A DNA stretch of 64,000 nt from the human T2T-CHM13v2.0 reference genome, Homo sapiens (GCF_009914755.1 NC_060945.1), one strand, 5' to 3'. Shown: positions 30,100 to 44,220, counted from the first letter of the stretch. The notes: generated by a model from the letters alone, not told the origin. Made by a program: numbers and translations.

Positions 30100-30290
30100 G
30101 TAGAGTGCAGTGGCCTTGGATGCCCACTGTCAGTTCCCTGCAGGCGAGCTTTGCCACTGACCAGCTCTGCCAGTGGTTTGAGAAAATTCACTTCTGTATT
30201 AGTTTATTTAGCTGTAAACAAAAAAAGTAACATATATCACAGAATTCTGATAGAGATTAAATGGTATGAATTACATAAGCTTCAAAGAAT
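30100..30290 (+). mobile_element. MIR fragment within the insert in MER74
   Basis: gctttgccactgaccagctctg...ctgtaaacaaaaaaagtaacatatatcacagaattctgatagagattaaatgg. Confidence 0.6.
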
Positions 30291-30419
30291 ATTATATATA
30301 TGTGTGTCTATATATATATGCATATATATGTGCATATGACTGTGTGTTAAAAGTATACTACTTTAGTGTGTGAAAAAGTATAAACGTGTATATATATAAG
30401 AACATCTATACTTTTTTAA

Positions 30420-30535
30420 CACTTACCTGTCTGCACCACTAATCTTTAAGTACCATGCAACTGGGTCTGTTTTTGTTCACCATTGTATTTCCATCTCCCA
30501 GTGCAGTGCTTGGTGAATAGAAGGCTACCAATGAC
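30420..30535 (+). mobile_element. L2 3' end within the insert in MER74
   Basis: gtctgtttttgttcaccattgtatttccatctcccagtgcagtgcttggtgaatagaagg. Confidence 0.7.
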
Positions 30536-31109
30536 AACAACAACAGCAGCAAGACAAAAACAAGAGTCTTTATTGTAGTGCCCATGGGAAGGAGTGGATG
30601 AGTTAGTGTAGGCAGGTTTAAGATTGGCTAGTTCAAATAATTTCCACATAGTCTGTGGCATCGTGGCTGTCTCTGGTTATCCTGATACCTGGTCCTAGGA
30701 TGATTAGTGTAGGGAACAGTGGTCCTGAGTGTGAAAGCTTGATAAAGGGAGTGTTTACAGATATGAGCTCTGAACTGGTTGCTTTGTGTATAAAAGCCAT
30801 TCTTGCAGACAGTTTGTACGCTTAGCTCCTGGAATTAGCTCACACTGGAAGGGGCAGTTCCTTCAGAGTCACCAAGGCCCCTAGATGTCAAAGTATTCAA
30901 CATAGAAACTAGAAAATGTGGATATGATTTTTAAAAGGCAAATCTGTATGGCATGGGAAGAAGTCCATGGAAGGTTATAATGCACTATTTTATAAGAATA
31001 AGGTCAAAATACCATTGATCTGTGGTTGATCTATATTTTTCTACTGGGATGCTGAGAAACATAGTACTGACCCTGCGAGATAGAGATGAAGTGTATTAGC
31101 TTGTGATTT

Positions 31110-31488
31110 ATGATGTCATGTTCAGAGTCCAAAATTCACCTTTTGTACCAGCTTGCTTACATTGTTTATTAAATGTGAATAGATGGTGGTGTGCATCTGG
31201 TTTCAGCTGAGTGACCAGTGAGATATAAATGAGTCAGGCAAACTTCCACCTTAGCTCACCTGGGACTAAAGCATCTCACATCTATTTTGGTAATTCACAG
31301 TCAGGAGATGGAGCACCTGCTGTGTGGCTGGGAAAGGGCTCTGAGAGCTATGCATGGACTTCTCTGATATTTTCTTATGCTTTCTTCTCCTGCTGTACTA
31401 TCTATCTTCATTAAAGCCTCGTATGACTGACCCCTGTGGAGTCTCCTGAGGCTTCTCAATTATCTGACCTCTAGTAATTGCCATAACA
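31110..31488 (+). mobile_element. Old ERVL-class LTR remnant (MER21/MER68-related, family uncertain)
   Basis: gtgaccag...ggaaagggctctgagagctatgcatggacttc...attaaagcc...gagtctcctgagg; ends ataaca. Confidence 0.4.
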
Positions 31489-33949
31489 ATATATAATATC
31501 AGCCCTTTTACTTGTGAAATGTAAATGCTTGTGTGTCTATAAGAATTAAATACAAATAAAATTGATACAGTTTTTATTAGTTTAGTGATATAATAATTAA
31601 AGTAAGAGTTAATATACTAACAATAATATTTTGGTCTTTCTCAGATCCTAGTGGAAGATATAATAAAATCAAAAGCTACATAGTATAATTATTACCATTT
31701 TAATTGGTAATTTAATATAATAAACATCTAAGTGTATAGAGCTTATGTTTAATAGAGTTCAGTTATGTAATTGAGTAATTATTGAATTGAATAATTATCT
31801 AAATAATCAAATTGGATGAGTTAAGACATTTAAATCCTTTGGACATAGCTACCTACTCTATGCTAGTTTTCTTACATCTGGATAGATTCTCTTACAATAA
31901 CCTAGAATACATTTACTAAGACCACATGGATAACAGTTAAATCCATTTTAAACAGAATGATTTCAAAAAAGGCTATTCCTATCTGGACTTGATTTTCCTA
32001 TTTGTTCTAGTTGAGGTAGATTAGGGGAAAGCTGCATGTCTCGTTTCCCTTAAGAACTAAGAAAGTCATGGACTCAGAGTTACAGAGAGCTAATTGTAGT
32101 TTACTTTACCTATGTACCTCACCAGACTCACTACACAAGCCATAGTGGTACTAGCACACATGTGTATTACAGTTTCACACAATATGAAGCACTTTTCCCC
32201 ACTTACTATTATGGTGGCCTGTGAAATAGGTTATAAAACTATTAATTATCTTCTCCAAATTGTGCATGATGCTATTCCAAAGCTTCATAGTTTGCAGTGT
32301 GGTCTACATTTACTCTTTGAAAGCATATTCAACAACTGACTTTTCCTCTTCATAAAATGAAAATATACTGCTGGATAGAACTATATGTCATTCATATTTC
32401 TATCTGTGGCCCTTATAATCATTTGTATAAATATGTATTCAATAAATGATAAATAAATTCAATTGATCCTAATTACCATTTATATCACTAAATAATCTGC
32501 CCTTACCTTAGGGTGCATGTAAGAAGGTAGAATTCATAGGAAAAGTAAAATGCACAGATACAAGGTATTCTAGCTAGTGAATGAGCCTCTACAAAAAACT
32601 AAAATTTCTTATAATCATAGCAGAAAGAATAGAGGAGTATCTGAGTCTGCAAAACTACGATGCTATTTTATGGTCAAAGAAAAATATGTAGTTTATATAC
32701 AATCAGGTTTCATATTTTTTTACGACAGATCAAATGAGTAAAAGATCATATGTGTCAAGTGACTCAGTGGTCACATGTCAAGTTATCAGTGGAAGAGTAT
32801 TAAAACTCAACACTGTGGACCAGATATTTTCTAGTTCTCTATTTCCAAAGTTTCTGCCAGTTTCCTATCTTATCATGCACCAAGAAAGAAGAAGCATCTT
32901 AGAGGCAGGTGTGCATAGGCCTGTAGGACATACGATATACATATGGTCATTCTCATGGCACTCGGTTGCCTTCGCTCTATCACGTATTCTTGTGTGTAGA
33001 AATCATATGTGTGGCAAAAGTGATGCTCATGCTCTTATTTCACTGCTCGGAGCAGGCAATACATATTTCATGTAACTATGAAAAAGATAGAAAGGCTCAG
33101 GAAACATAATTTATCTCTTCATTGGCTAAATGTAGCTAGCATAAGCAGTAGAAATGTAGATCTTGATTTGGAATATGAGAATTCAGCGGAAGAGTGCACA
33201 TATCCTAATTGTTACTAGAATCAGTGCTACATGAGCTGAGCAAATTAGATCCATGTAGAAAGGAAGAAAAATATGGAAAACCCTGTAGCAACAAGGTAAT
33301 TTTAGTATAGATCATCCAAGACCATTAGATTCAGTCTGCACCTGCACTATAGGTCAAAGGGTCTATAATTGCTGCAAGCTCTCTCTATGGGAATGTTTTT
33401 CCAGCACAGGGAAAGGCAATGGTTTGTCTCCAGTAAAGTGTGTACAAGATCATTGTGACCATCATGGTTCTGAGAGCTGATGAATAAATGGGTGAACAGA
33501 AACAACATTCCTTCATGCAGGACTCCAAAAAAATGGATTTCCCTCTAAGAACCTTTTGTTTCGAAAGGATTTCAATGCCTTGCTTCTGCTTAATTACCCT
33601 TTGCAGCCTTTACCTCTGCTGCCAGAGTTTGCACCCTGTATGCTGCTTTCCAAGATATTGTTGCCAAGGATGCTCCTATTCCTATTTTTATGCCTTGGCT
33701 CCTTGAAAACCTTCCTGGCAATAGCCCAAGGGCACAGATATGCCCTGTCACAATGGTGGCAAGTTTTTTAAATGCCTTTCCCCGAGTGACTTTCCTTTGA
33801 TATGGTGCAAGCAATGGAGTTCTCACATATAGTTCCAAGTGGATACAGTTCCAATCCAAAGGGTTGTTTCGTTTTTATTGAATTAGGAATCTCTTCCCCT
33901 CAAATTTTTGGCCCAAGTGGATCATTTGACTTTAATTTATACCATTGTG

Positions 33950-34197
33950 TTCTCCATATATATATATGGAGAATATATATATATATACACATATATATGG
34001 AGGATATATATATACACATACATATGGAGAATATATATATATATGGAGAATATATATACACATATATATGGAGAATATATATATATCTGGATAATATATA
34101 TCTATATGGAGAATATATATATGGAGAATATATATATGGAGAACATATATATATATGGTGAATACATATATATGGAGAATATATATATATAATATAT
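33950..34197. repeat. Minisatellite of variable (AT)n-GGAGA units
   Basis: About a dozen copies of atatatatggaga with variants ggagg, ggtga and tacacata. Confidence 0.95.
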
Positions 34198-34616
34198 GCA
34201 CATTTAGAATTTCCTAGAGACTGCCTCCAAAAATGTAATTATGTTTACACTACTTTTGGAGAAGCTATCAAATGCTATCTACTATACCTATTTTTTTTAT
34301 AAATAGGCACATTTGCACAAAATATATTTGACCAATGTTTGAGCTATTTCATTTCTCTGCTTAAAGAAAATAATAGTTAATATGATTTGAAGTCTATTTT
34401 TCTAAACACTCTGCTTATGGGTAATCACCCAGGACCTTCAATTTCCAAATTACCTTATCCTTACTTTGACATGTATATGTGACTTTTGTTCAATCTCATT
34501 ATTCCATTTATACACTTCTATAACATTTTTGTTATAAAAATCAAAATGTAAACTAGTAGGATATTACGTAATTATGAGGTACGTCCTAAGTACTTTGTTG
34601 CTAATGACAACACACT

Positions 34617-35471
<855 letters not shown>

Positions 35472-36898
35472 GTAACAATAGGCTCCTTGCAGTTTTAAAA
35501 AGAGCTTTATTGGTATATAATATATGTAAAATAAGCTATTATACTTAAAATGTACAATTGGATATTTCAACATAAGTATATGCCTATAACCATCACCACA
35601 ATCAAAATAGTAATCTAACCAGCCTTCCCTAAGCCTTTCCTCCTGCCCCTTTGAAAACTTCTCTCCATGATCCTTCCTATTCCCCACCCCATCCCCAGGC
35701 AGCTATTGATCTATTTTATGTCACTTCACTAGAATTGAATATAAATTGAATTTCCTAGAATTGAATCTAAATTGAATCACACAATATGTTCTCCCTTTCT
35801 GGATGTGTGATTGTTAGTTTTCTTGCACTCAATATAATTATTTTGAGATACATCTATACTTTTGCATGTCTCAATACATCATTTATTTTATTCCAGAGAA
35901 GTAATCTATCTTAGGTACATACCATAGCTTTTGTATCCATTCACCTATTGATAGGATTTGGAGTTGCCTCTAACTTGGGGTTGTTTTTAAGTAAACCTGC
36001 AATAAATATTCATGTACATGTCATGTCTATACATATGCTTTCATTTTCCTATTCTTCAGAAAATACCTAAAACTGGGATGGTTGGGTTATATGGCATTAG
36101 TATGCTTAACTTTTGAAAAAGATTGAACTCTTTTCTAAATTAATAGCAGCACTAAACATTTTCACCAATAATGTTTTGTTTCTTTCTTCCTTTGCAATAT
36201 ATAACTGTTATTTTTTCCCGTCTTAGAGCACTAGCTATGATTTTCAATATGAAAAATAGAAATGAGGAGAAACGGTACTCTACTCTTGCCAGGTACCTGA
36301 TCTTGGCATGGATATTGGGGAAAACCCACAGTTTCTTAATATTAGGTATGGAACTAGCTGTAGGACTTTTAAAAATGTTCTTATTCAAGTTTAGAAATTA
36401 CCACTAATAGTTTGCTGGAAGTTTTCAATCACAAATGGATGTCAGATTTTGTCAGATAATTTTAGTTCATCAGTTAATATAATTACATAATTTATGTTAT
36501 TTTTTCATGTATTTCTAAATTGGTTTTGCTAAAATTAACCTGTGAAACCATACTTACCTGGTGCTTTCATTATGTAAAGTCATTTGTTATTGACTTCATT
36601 TATTTCAGCGAAACAGGTTTATTCCCATGATCTTTGTCTCTTCATGAAAGTTTTGGTATTTGTGTAGTTCAAGAAACTGGTACATTTTATCAAAGTTACC
36701 AAATCAATGTGTATAGAGTTACTCATATTATTATTTTATTACTTTAATCAATGTTTATGAGGTCTGAAGTGATCACTTCTCTTTTATGTGTTCTATTTGA
36801 AACTTTTGTCTTCTATTTTTTCTTAGTCTGGTTAAAGTTTTATCAATCGTACTAATCTTTTCAAAAAACAAGGGGATTTTTTAAAAAAATTATCTGTT

Positions 36899-37195
36899 GA
36901 CTGGGTGTGGTGGCTCATGCCTGTAATTCCAGCATTTTGGGAGGCCGAGGCAGGCAGATCACCTGAGGTCAGCAGTTCAAGACCAGCCTGGCCAACATGG
37001 CAAAATCCCGTCTCTACTGAAAAATACAAAAAAAAAAAAAAAAAAAAAAAATTAGCTGGTTGTGGTGGTGTTCACCTGTAGTCCCAGCTACTCAGGAGGC
37101 TGATGCGGACTGTCACTTGAACCCAGGAGGCGGAGGTTGCACTGAGCCGAGATCCTGCCACTCTACTCCAGCCTGGGTGACTGAGCGAGACTCTG

Positions 37196-37226
<31 letters not shown>

Positions 37227-37240
37227 TTATATATATATAT
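36899..37240 (+). mobile_element. AluSx-like with expanded linker A-run and (CT)n(AT)n in place of the tail
   Basis: gatcacctgaggtcagcagttcaagaccagcctggccaacatgg; ~24-A linker. Confidence 0.94.
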
Positions 37241-38319
37241 AACCTATTAATTTTCCATTTCCAATGTCACTGACTTTTGCTCAAATTTTTATTATTTAAT
37301 TTCTTTTGTTTAAGCTTCAGTTGTTCTTTCGTTCTCTACTTTCTCAAGGAAGAAGCTTTAGTTACTGATTTTTTACCTTCTTTTCTTATATATGAACTTA
37401 ATGTTACACATTTCTTCTAAGCATTGCTTTTGCTACATCCCATAAATGTTTATATATTGTGTTTACATTTTCATTTTGTTTAAAATATATTATTTTAATT
37501 TCTCTTTAAACTTATTTAACTCATTTGTTATTTAAAACTGTGTACTTTAATTTTCAAATATTTAGCAATTTTCCAGCTATATTTCTGTTACTGATACTAA
37601 TTTAATTTTATTGTCATTTGAGGATATTGGGGGGTTTCTATATTTTAAATTTGTTAAGCTCTGTTTATAGTCTATCTTGGTAAATATTTTATGTGAACTT
37701 GCAAAGAGTATAAATTCTACTGTTGCTGGATAAAGTATTCTGTAAATGTCAATTGTATCAAATCAATCAATAACGATGCTCCAGTCAACTATATTCTTAC
37801 CGATTTTCTGCCTGCGTGTTTTAGCAATCACTGAAAAGGGGATATTGAAGTCTTCAATCCAAATAGAGGATCTGTCATTTCTTGCTGTTTTTATCAGATA
37901 TTTCCTGATACAGTTTGACACTCTGCTGTTTGATGCATACTAATTAAGAATCATTATGCTTTCTTAGGGAACTGACCCCTTTATCATTGTGCAATGCCCT
38001 TCTTTATCTCTGACAATTTTAGTTAGTCTGAGCTTGGCTTTATTTGAAATTAATAGAGAAAGTCCAGCCCTAGTTTTATTAGTGTTCATATGCTATATCT
38101 TTCTCCATCTCTTTAATTTTAATTATTTACTTTTAACCAATCTGACTCATATTTAAAGTTGGTTCCTTGTAGATGTAATACAGCATGGTCATTTTAAAAA
38201 TCCACTCTGATTAAATTTCTGTCTGTGATTAAATGTCTGTGTCTTCTAATTCACCAAATAGAAGGGCACATATGTCTTTGTTAATAAACATAGATACTGA
38301 TAAAATGTCTATGTCTTCT

Positions 38320-38623
38320 TTATTATTTTTTTCTTTTTTTGACACAGAATCTCACTGTGTCACCCAGGCTGGAGTGCAGTGGTGTGATCTCGGCTCACTG
38401 CCACCTCTGCCTCCCCAGTTCAAGCGATCCTCCTGCCTCAGCCTCCTGAGTAGCTGGGACTACAGGCACGTGCCACCACACACAGCTAATTTTTTGTATT
38501 TTTAGTAGAGTCGGGGTTTCGCCATGTTGGCCAGGATGGTCTTGAACTCCTGGCCTCAAGTGATCTGCCCACCTAGGCCTCCCAAAGTGCTGGGATTACA
38601 GGCATGAGCCACTGTGCCTGGCC
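38320..38623 (-). mobile_element. AluJb/Sz-like
   Basis: ctcctggcctcaagtgatc and aagcgatcctcctgcc; 20-bp TSD ataaaatgtctatgtcttct / attaaatgtctatttcttct. Confidence 0.94.
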
Positions 38624-40760
38624 ATTAAATGTCTATTTCTTCTAATTGGTGGATACAGTTGCACTCATATCCACTATATACTGTTTCCTATTCCTTGCAG
38701 GTGTTCTTTTCTTCTTATTTTTCAATTCTTTTTGAAAGTCTTCTGTGGTTTTAGTTGAACATTTTATATGATTCTGTTTTATCTCTTCTCTTAGCATATC
38801 AATTATATTTATTTTTAAGTTATTTTATTATTTCAATTTACTATTTAATGTTTTAAAATTTTAATTTACATATAAATATAATTTGTATTAAAATTATATT
38901 ATTTAAATGGTTGTCCAAGAGTTTCATATAATGCTACATAATGCTTCATGTGCAGTTCATATATCTTAAAACAAAGCATCCCCAATTATAATCTCCCATC
39001 TTTTATGGTATGTTAGTCATTCATTTTATTTAGCTATATATGCTTCAACCATCCAATACATTTTTACTATTATGACTTTAGCAAACACTTACATTTTGAT
39101 GTATCTCAGCTCATCTGGCTACAAAGAAAAATAAATTTTAGATCTCTTAATAATAGGAGAGATACAATAGTTTAGTTTCATTTGCTTCCTCATCAATGTT
39201 TTTTATTTATGTAGATCTAAGTTACTGGTATTTAGCTTCTTCCACCTCTCTAAGTAAATTTTTTTTACTTTATTTGTAGGGAAGATCTGGTGGTGATAAA
39301 TTATCTTAATTTTTGTCAGGGAATGTCTTCTTTTTACCTACGCTTTTGAGGAATACATTCAGTAGATATATTACTGTATGTTTTTATTTAGCACATTACG
39401 TATTTCACTTGACAAGATTATATTTTTTGGATCCTTATTCTGCTTTGTGCTCACTAAACATTTTTGAACTTATGATTGGTATCTGTTATTATGGTGCAAA
39501 ATTCATAACCATTAATGCCTCAAATAATTTTTATGATAGCTTCTTTTTCCTTCTTTTCCATTTAGAAGTATGTTACACATGTAGCTATTGCTCCACAATT
39601 TCTGTATATTCTCTTTTTTTATTTTTAAAAATTTTAGTCCCTGAAATTTCTATTGACATCTCTTCATGTATCTGATTCTTTCACTGGCTGTGTTGAGTAT
39701 ATTGATAAGCCCATCTAAGACAGTCTTCACTTATATTACTGTGCTTTATGTTTAGATTATATGGGGATTATTTTAGATTATATGGGGATTATCGTCAACC
39801 TGCTTACCCATCTGCTCTTGCATCTTGTCCATGTTTTTCCATTCAAGCCATTAAAATAGTAATCATAACTATTTTAAATTCCGTGATTGATAATGCAAGC
39901 ATCTGTTTCATATCTGAGTATGGCTGTGATGTTTGCATTGTCCATTTCAGTTGTGTTTTTTTCTTGTCCTTAGGAATGCTTTGCAATTATCTTTTGAAAA
40001 TTGGGTGTGATGTATCTGGTAATAGAAATGCATATATAGGCTTTCATTGTAAGCATTTTTAATAACCTGGCTAGGTGTTGGGCAATGATCAATATATGTT
40101 TTAACTATAGTCATCAAAGTCCTAACATTTGCCTAATATCCTTGGATTTAATTTTTTGTGTTTTTTTTGTTGTTGTTTTGTTTGTTTGTTTTCTCCTCTC
40201 TTGAATTTGGCATTTTTCTGTGTACAACTCAGAGTGGTCTGTCTTGAAATTCTCTCATTTGTAATCCACTGAATCTATAATCCACCTAAAATTAGGTTTC
40301 TGAATTGTATTTAGGTAAAGTTATTTTTCCTGTATAGCAGCCCATTATTATAAAGCTGCGGGTGTATTTCACAATTATTATTCTTCCCCTCCACTCTCAG
40401 ATCTTATAGGGGCTCTTTCTTGGAGACTCACCTTGTGGTCCTACTGGAGTTTCTGGAGGCATAGCGAATTAGTGAACTCCAAAGATTGTGGCCCTAAGAT
40501 TCTCTAACTTTCATACTAGTCTACACTAGCAACTTATCAAAATTACCACTTGAATGTTTATACCATTTTATGAGTCCAGTTATTTCTGCTTTAGGTAAGC
40601 ATGTCTTAGATACTGTAGATGCACCTGTCTCCAGATGCAATTGCAGCTTTCTAACAGATCTGAAAAAAGTTGTTGATTTTATATATATTTTATTTTTGTA
40701 TGGACAGGAATGACAAATGACAATTTCTTTGTTCATTGAATGTTAGAGCTAAAACCTCAA

Positions 40761-41540
40761 TGTTTTATAATATTTTATTTGTTCCTTCATGTATTGAGCC
40801 TTTATTTGTTGGGTGTTATTTTAGCTTTATTTTTAAATTCTTTTAAACTTTTTTTTCTGGAAAACATATGAGTTATTTGGACATAGTTTGATGCTTTCTA
40901 ATTTTGCTTTTAAGATTTGTTGGTCAGGATAGAACCTCAAACTAGGGCTAATTATTTTATACTATGAGGACAAGACTTTCCTGTGTAATCTAACCTGTTT
41001 CATTAATCTTACAATTTTTCAGTCAAACTGATGGCAATGGTCACTCTTCTTAGCCCTGTGTGACCACAAGGACCGTTCACCATAACGCTTTTGGATAACT
41101 CTTTCACCAGCTTCAGGTAATTTATTTGCATGCATGTGGTGTTCAAGACTCAGATGAATAATAGAGGGTATTCCTCCAAAGATCTCTGGAGTTCTTACTC
41201 ACAGCAGATCTTTCCTCTCCAGTATCCTGTATGACATATTCTAGCCATTTTTTTCTCCCTAAATACTAAGTACCATCTCAACTCAAAAAGTTTAGAAATT
41301 TTACAGGATCTCCTTGGGTTTCCCTTCCTTATCACGTATGAGAAACCATCAAGGCAGTAAGCTGGGACTTTTCTTTTCGTTTCTTTTTTTTATTATTGTT
41401 TTTGAAATATAATTTCAGGATGACCTCACTCATTGCTTTATGTTCAGTGTCTTTGAAAGCCTTGGTCAGTTTTTTTTGGTTGTCTCAGGTGTGAGGGTAA
41501 TTTCCATCTTTTGTGATTTCATCTTGATGGGGCACAGATG
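40761..41540 (-). mobile_element. Second old L1 5'-region fragment (L1M/L1ME-type)
   Basis: ttgcttttaagatttgttggtcagg; ctagggctaattatt; agatctctggagttctt; aaggcagtaagctggg. Confidence 0.6.
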
Positions 41541-41849
41541 TTGGAGAAATGATGGGTATTTTTTTAAAGCTACAATTTCGAAGACAAATTAAATCAATAT
41601 AAGATACCTGATACTGATTTCTGATACCTGAGTTGAGACTATTATAGCATTTCTATTGAAGGAAAAATGAATAGTTAAATACATTTGGTTTTATACATAC
41701 TAATGTAAACAGATATTCACACATATGTGTTATGTATATATTTGAATGTTTTAATACCTATTTAATATTTACCTAAAATATTATATTTTTAAGTAAAATC
41801 CAACTCAATTTTGTGAGATTCTAGTCAGGCTATCCAATAGGCAGCTCTG

Positions 41850-42258
41850 TCAGAACTGCTAGACACTCCATTTTCCTGGACACAGTGCGTGATCTGTCAG
41901 TGAGCACAAAATGGTAGTTGGATCAACTGGAAGATTCATAGATAGTAGGGCTGGTTTTCCTCATTCCCTAGAATTATGTAGGCCTGGTGAACTGGGCACT
42001 GTCTTGAAGAAGATTAAGAAAGAACCCAATTATCAATAAGAACCAGGAGAAGGAGAAGGTGTGAATGATGGAGAAAGAACCCTGATAACATTATTTAAAC
42101 CACTGGATCCATTTAGGATCCACTGTGCCTAAAAGCAGTCTAATTTCTTGGACTTTTTAGATACATAAGGCAAGAAAATGCCTTATTTTTTCTTTAACCT
42201 AGTTTACATTGGGTTTCAGTCACTGCAGTGGCAACAACAATAAAAATCTTCTAACACA
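41850..42258 (+). mobile_element. Old MLT1 (K/L-like) LTR
   Basis: ccctgataacattatttaaaccactggatcc...tgtgcctaaaagcag...ttggactttttagatacataag...ttgggtttcagtcactgca. Confidence 0.65.
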
Positions 42259-43700
42259 ATTATTCAATTTTCTATTGGATAGAAAGATGCAAACTTTCCT
42301 ACTGGGAACACTTTCAAACAGTTTCGGAGAACTTCAGCTATTTTTTGCAAATATAGAAACTTTGAAATAAATTTTACCAGGCAGTTTTCATGTGGGAATT
42401 CTCCAGAAGGTGACTATGTGAAAATAAATAGGACATCAAAAAAGCAGTTTTTAAGAAGCTATATCATACACATTGTAGAATACATCATGTTTTATGTACT
42501 TTAAAATAATTCAGAACTAATGAAATTTAATGATGAATAATTGAATAAAGGCACATGTCAAAACATTTTAGTGGGGATTTATAGCGTAATAAACATTTAT
42601 TTCTGATGACAACTTCAATTTCCTTATCCACATTTCTCCATGACTACGTTTATTTTCAATTCCTTGTCATCCTGTTTGATGACCTATTTTTAATACTTTC
42701 AACTGCTGAAAACATTTAGAAAATAGTATCAATGAAACATTGGCCTTCTAATATGATATGTAGCAAACGTTTAAGCTTGATCATCACTTATTGCAAAAGT
42801 TCTTGCTGGCGTTTTAAGCAGGTGAAGAGGGAAATGAGGACAGAGAATGCATATACATAAGGCGTGGGAAGCCTTCATCACACCCACGTGTCTTCTGAGC
42901 CTTCCCAGGTGATCCAGGTGAGCTCATTTCTTACACTTCATTTCTCCAGCTTGTAATTAAATGGATTATGACTCCCAGTGGCTTTTGAATTTAATTACAA
43001 ATGCCATAGCCTTGATAATTATTACCTGGAGAAATAAAAGCTAAATTATACCACAAGCTTTGTCTTTGCAGTATCTCCATCTTTCTTCATCACTACACAT
43101 AAAAGTCTCATGCAGAGTTTTAACAACATGTTTCTACCACTCAATTTCGAGTTTCTTTGTTCTAAGACATTTAACAAAATATGCTCATATTTAAAGCAGA
43201 AACTTTAACCAAATCACAAAATGTCTCTCAATAAGGTATAAATATCAAGTATGTAGTGATATGGGCTCTTATCCGTTTTCTAATATCATGTTGATGTAGC
43301 TGATGGACATGCCTAGGATTTACTGCTTGTTTAAATCAAGAAGTTTATTCATTGTTTTCTACTAAGTTTCTACATTGTTTTCTACTAAGTTTCTACAAAA
43401 TCAAATGAATTACATCAACTGATGAATTTAATTTAAAATAAAATTGGGGGCTTCCTGGGCTGTTCCAAATATTCAGTACCCATACTTCTCTACAGACCTG
43501 TTCAGCTAGAATTCCTTCGGCCATTGGACAGCGTCACTTTCTCTCCCCAGTTGCAGTGTTTTGAAAAACATAAGAGGGAACCTAAGATTAATAAGCTTCT
43601 AGTTCTCATGATATTTTTATTATTCTAAATAAGATTAACTTTTTCAAAAGAGGAAAAATAATTAAAGAACACCAGTTACCTAGTAGCATCTTTAATTTCT

Positions 43701-44016
<316 letters not shown>

Positions 44017-44089
44017 CGCATCTTTAATTCTTACATCATAAACTACTTTAATTTTTTAGTGTTTTATTCTATAGACTCACTATAGAAAG

Positions 44090-44220
44090 TTGTTCAATTA
44101 GTTTGAATATATTTGGAATTATACTACGGGACAGGCATCATGCTAGAAGTTAGATATAACACCATTGAAGAAAAAGTATAAACCATCATGAAGTTTGCCT
44201 TCTTTTTGAAAGATAGAAAG
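44090..44220 (-). mobile_element. L2 3' end
   Basis: tactacgggacaggcatcatgctagaagttagatatac...catcatgaagtttgccttct. Confidence 0.55.

Larger units (their letters stand above)
29545..30925 (-). mobile_element. MER74-like ERVL solo LTR in three pieces (29545-29600, 29928-30061, 30562-30925)
   Basis: Pieces are collinear with the recalled MER74 antisense: agtacagcaaggccaacagatcag / tactcacagattttcaagaggagggg / aagattggctagttcaaataatttc...caaggcccctagatgtcaaag. Confidence 0.8.
35490..40760 (-). mobile_element. Long degenerate L1 (L1MD-like) with internal deletions, interrupted by two Alus
   Basis: Antisense 3' UTR (agctttattggtatataa...accatcaccacaatcaa); ORF2/ORF1 antisense motifs (gaactgacccctttatcattgtgcaatgccc); 5' end near 40650-40760 resembles the reverse complement of 2355-2460. 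Confidence 0.85.

Noticed and set aside
33300-33900. Moderately GC-balanced segment with overlapping 70-90 aa ORFs
   Set aside because: I recognise no protein or repeat family. It may be an old unrecognised repeat; a Dfam or BLAST search would be needed.
33950-34197. Repeat-spacer-like pattern (CRISPR-like)
   Set aside because: The spacers are only variable (AT)n, the context is eukaryotic, and there are no cas genes.
33802-34201. Three overlapping Ile/Tyr-rich ORFs of 89-119 aa
   Set aside because: They are translations of the AT/GGAGA minisatellite, which is stop-poor by composition.
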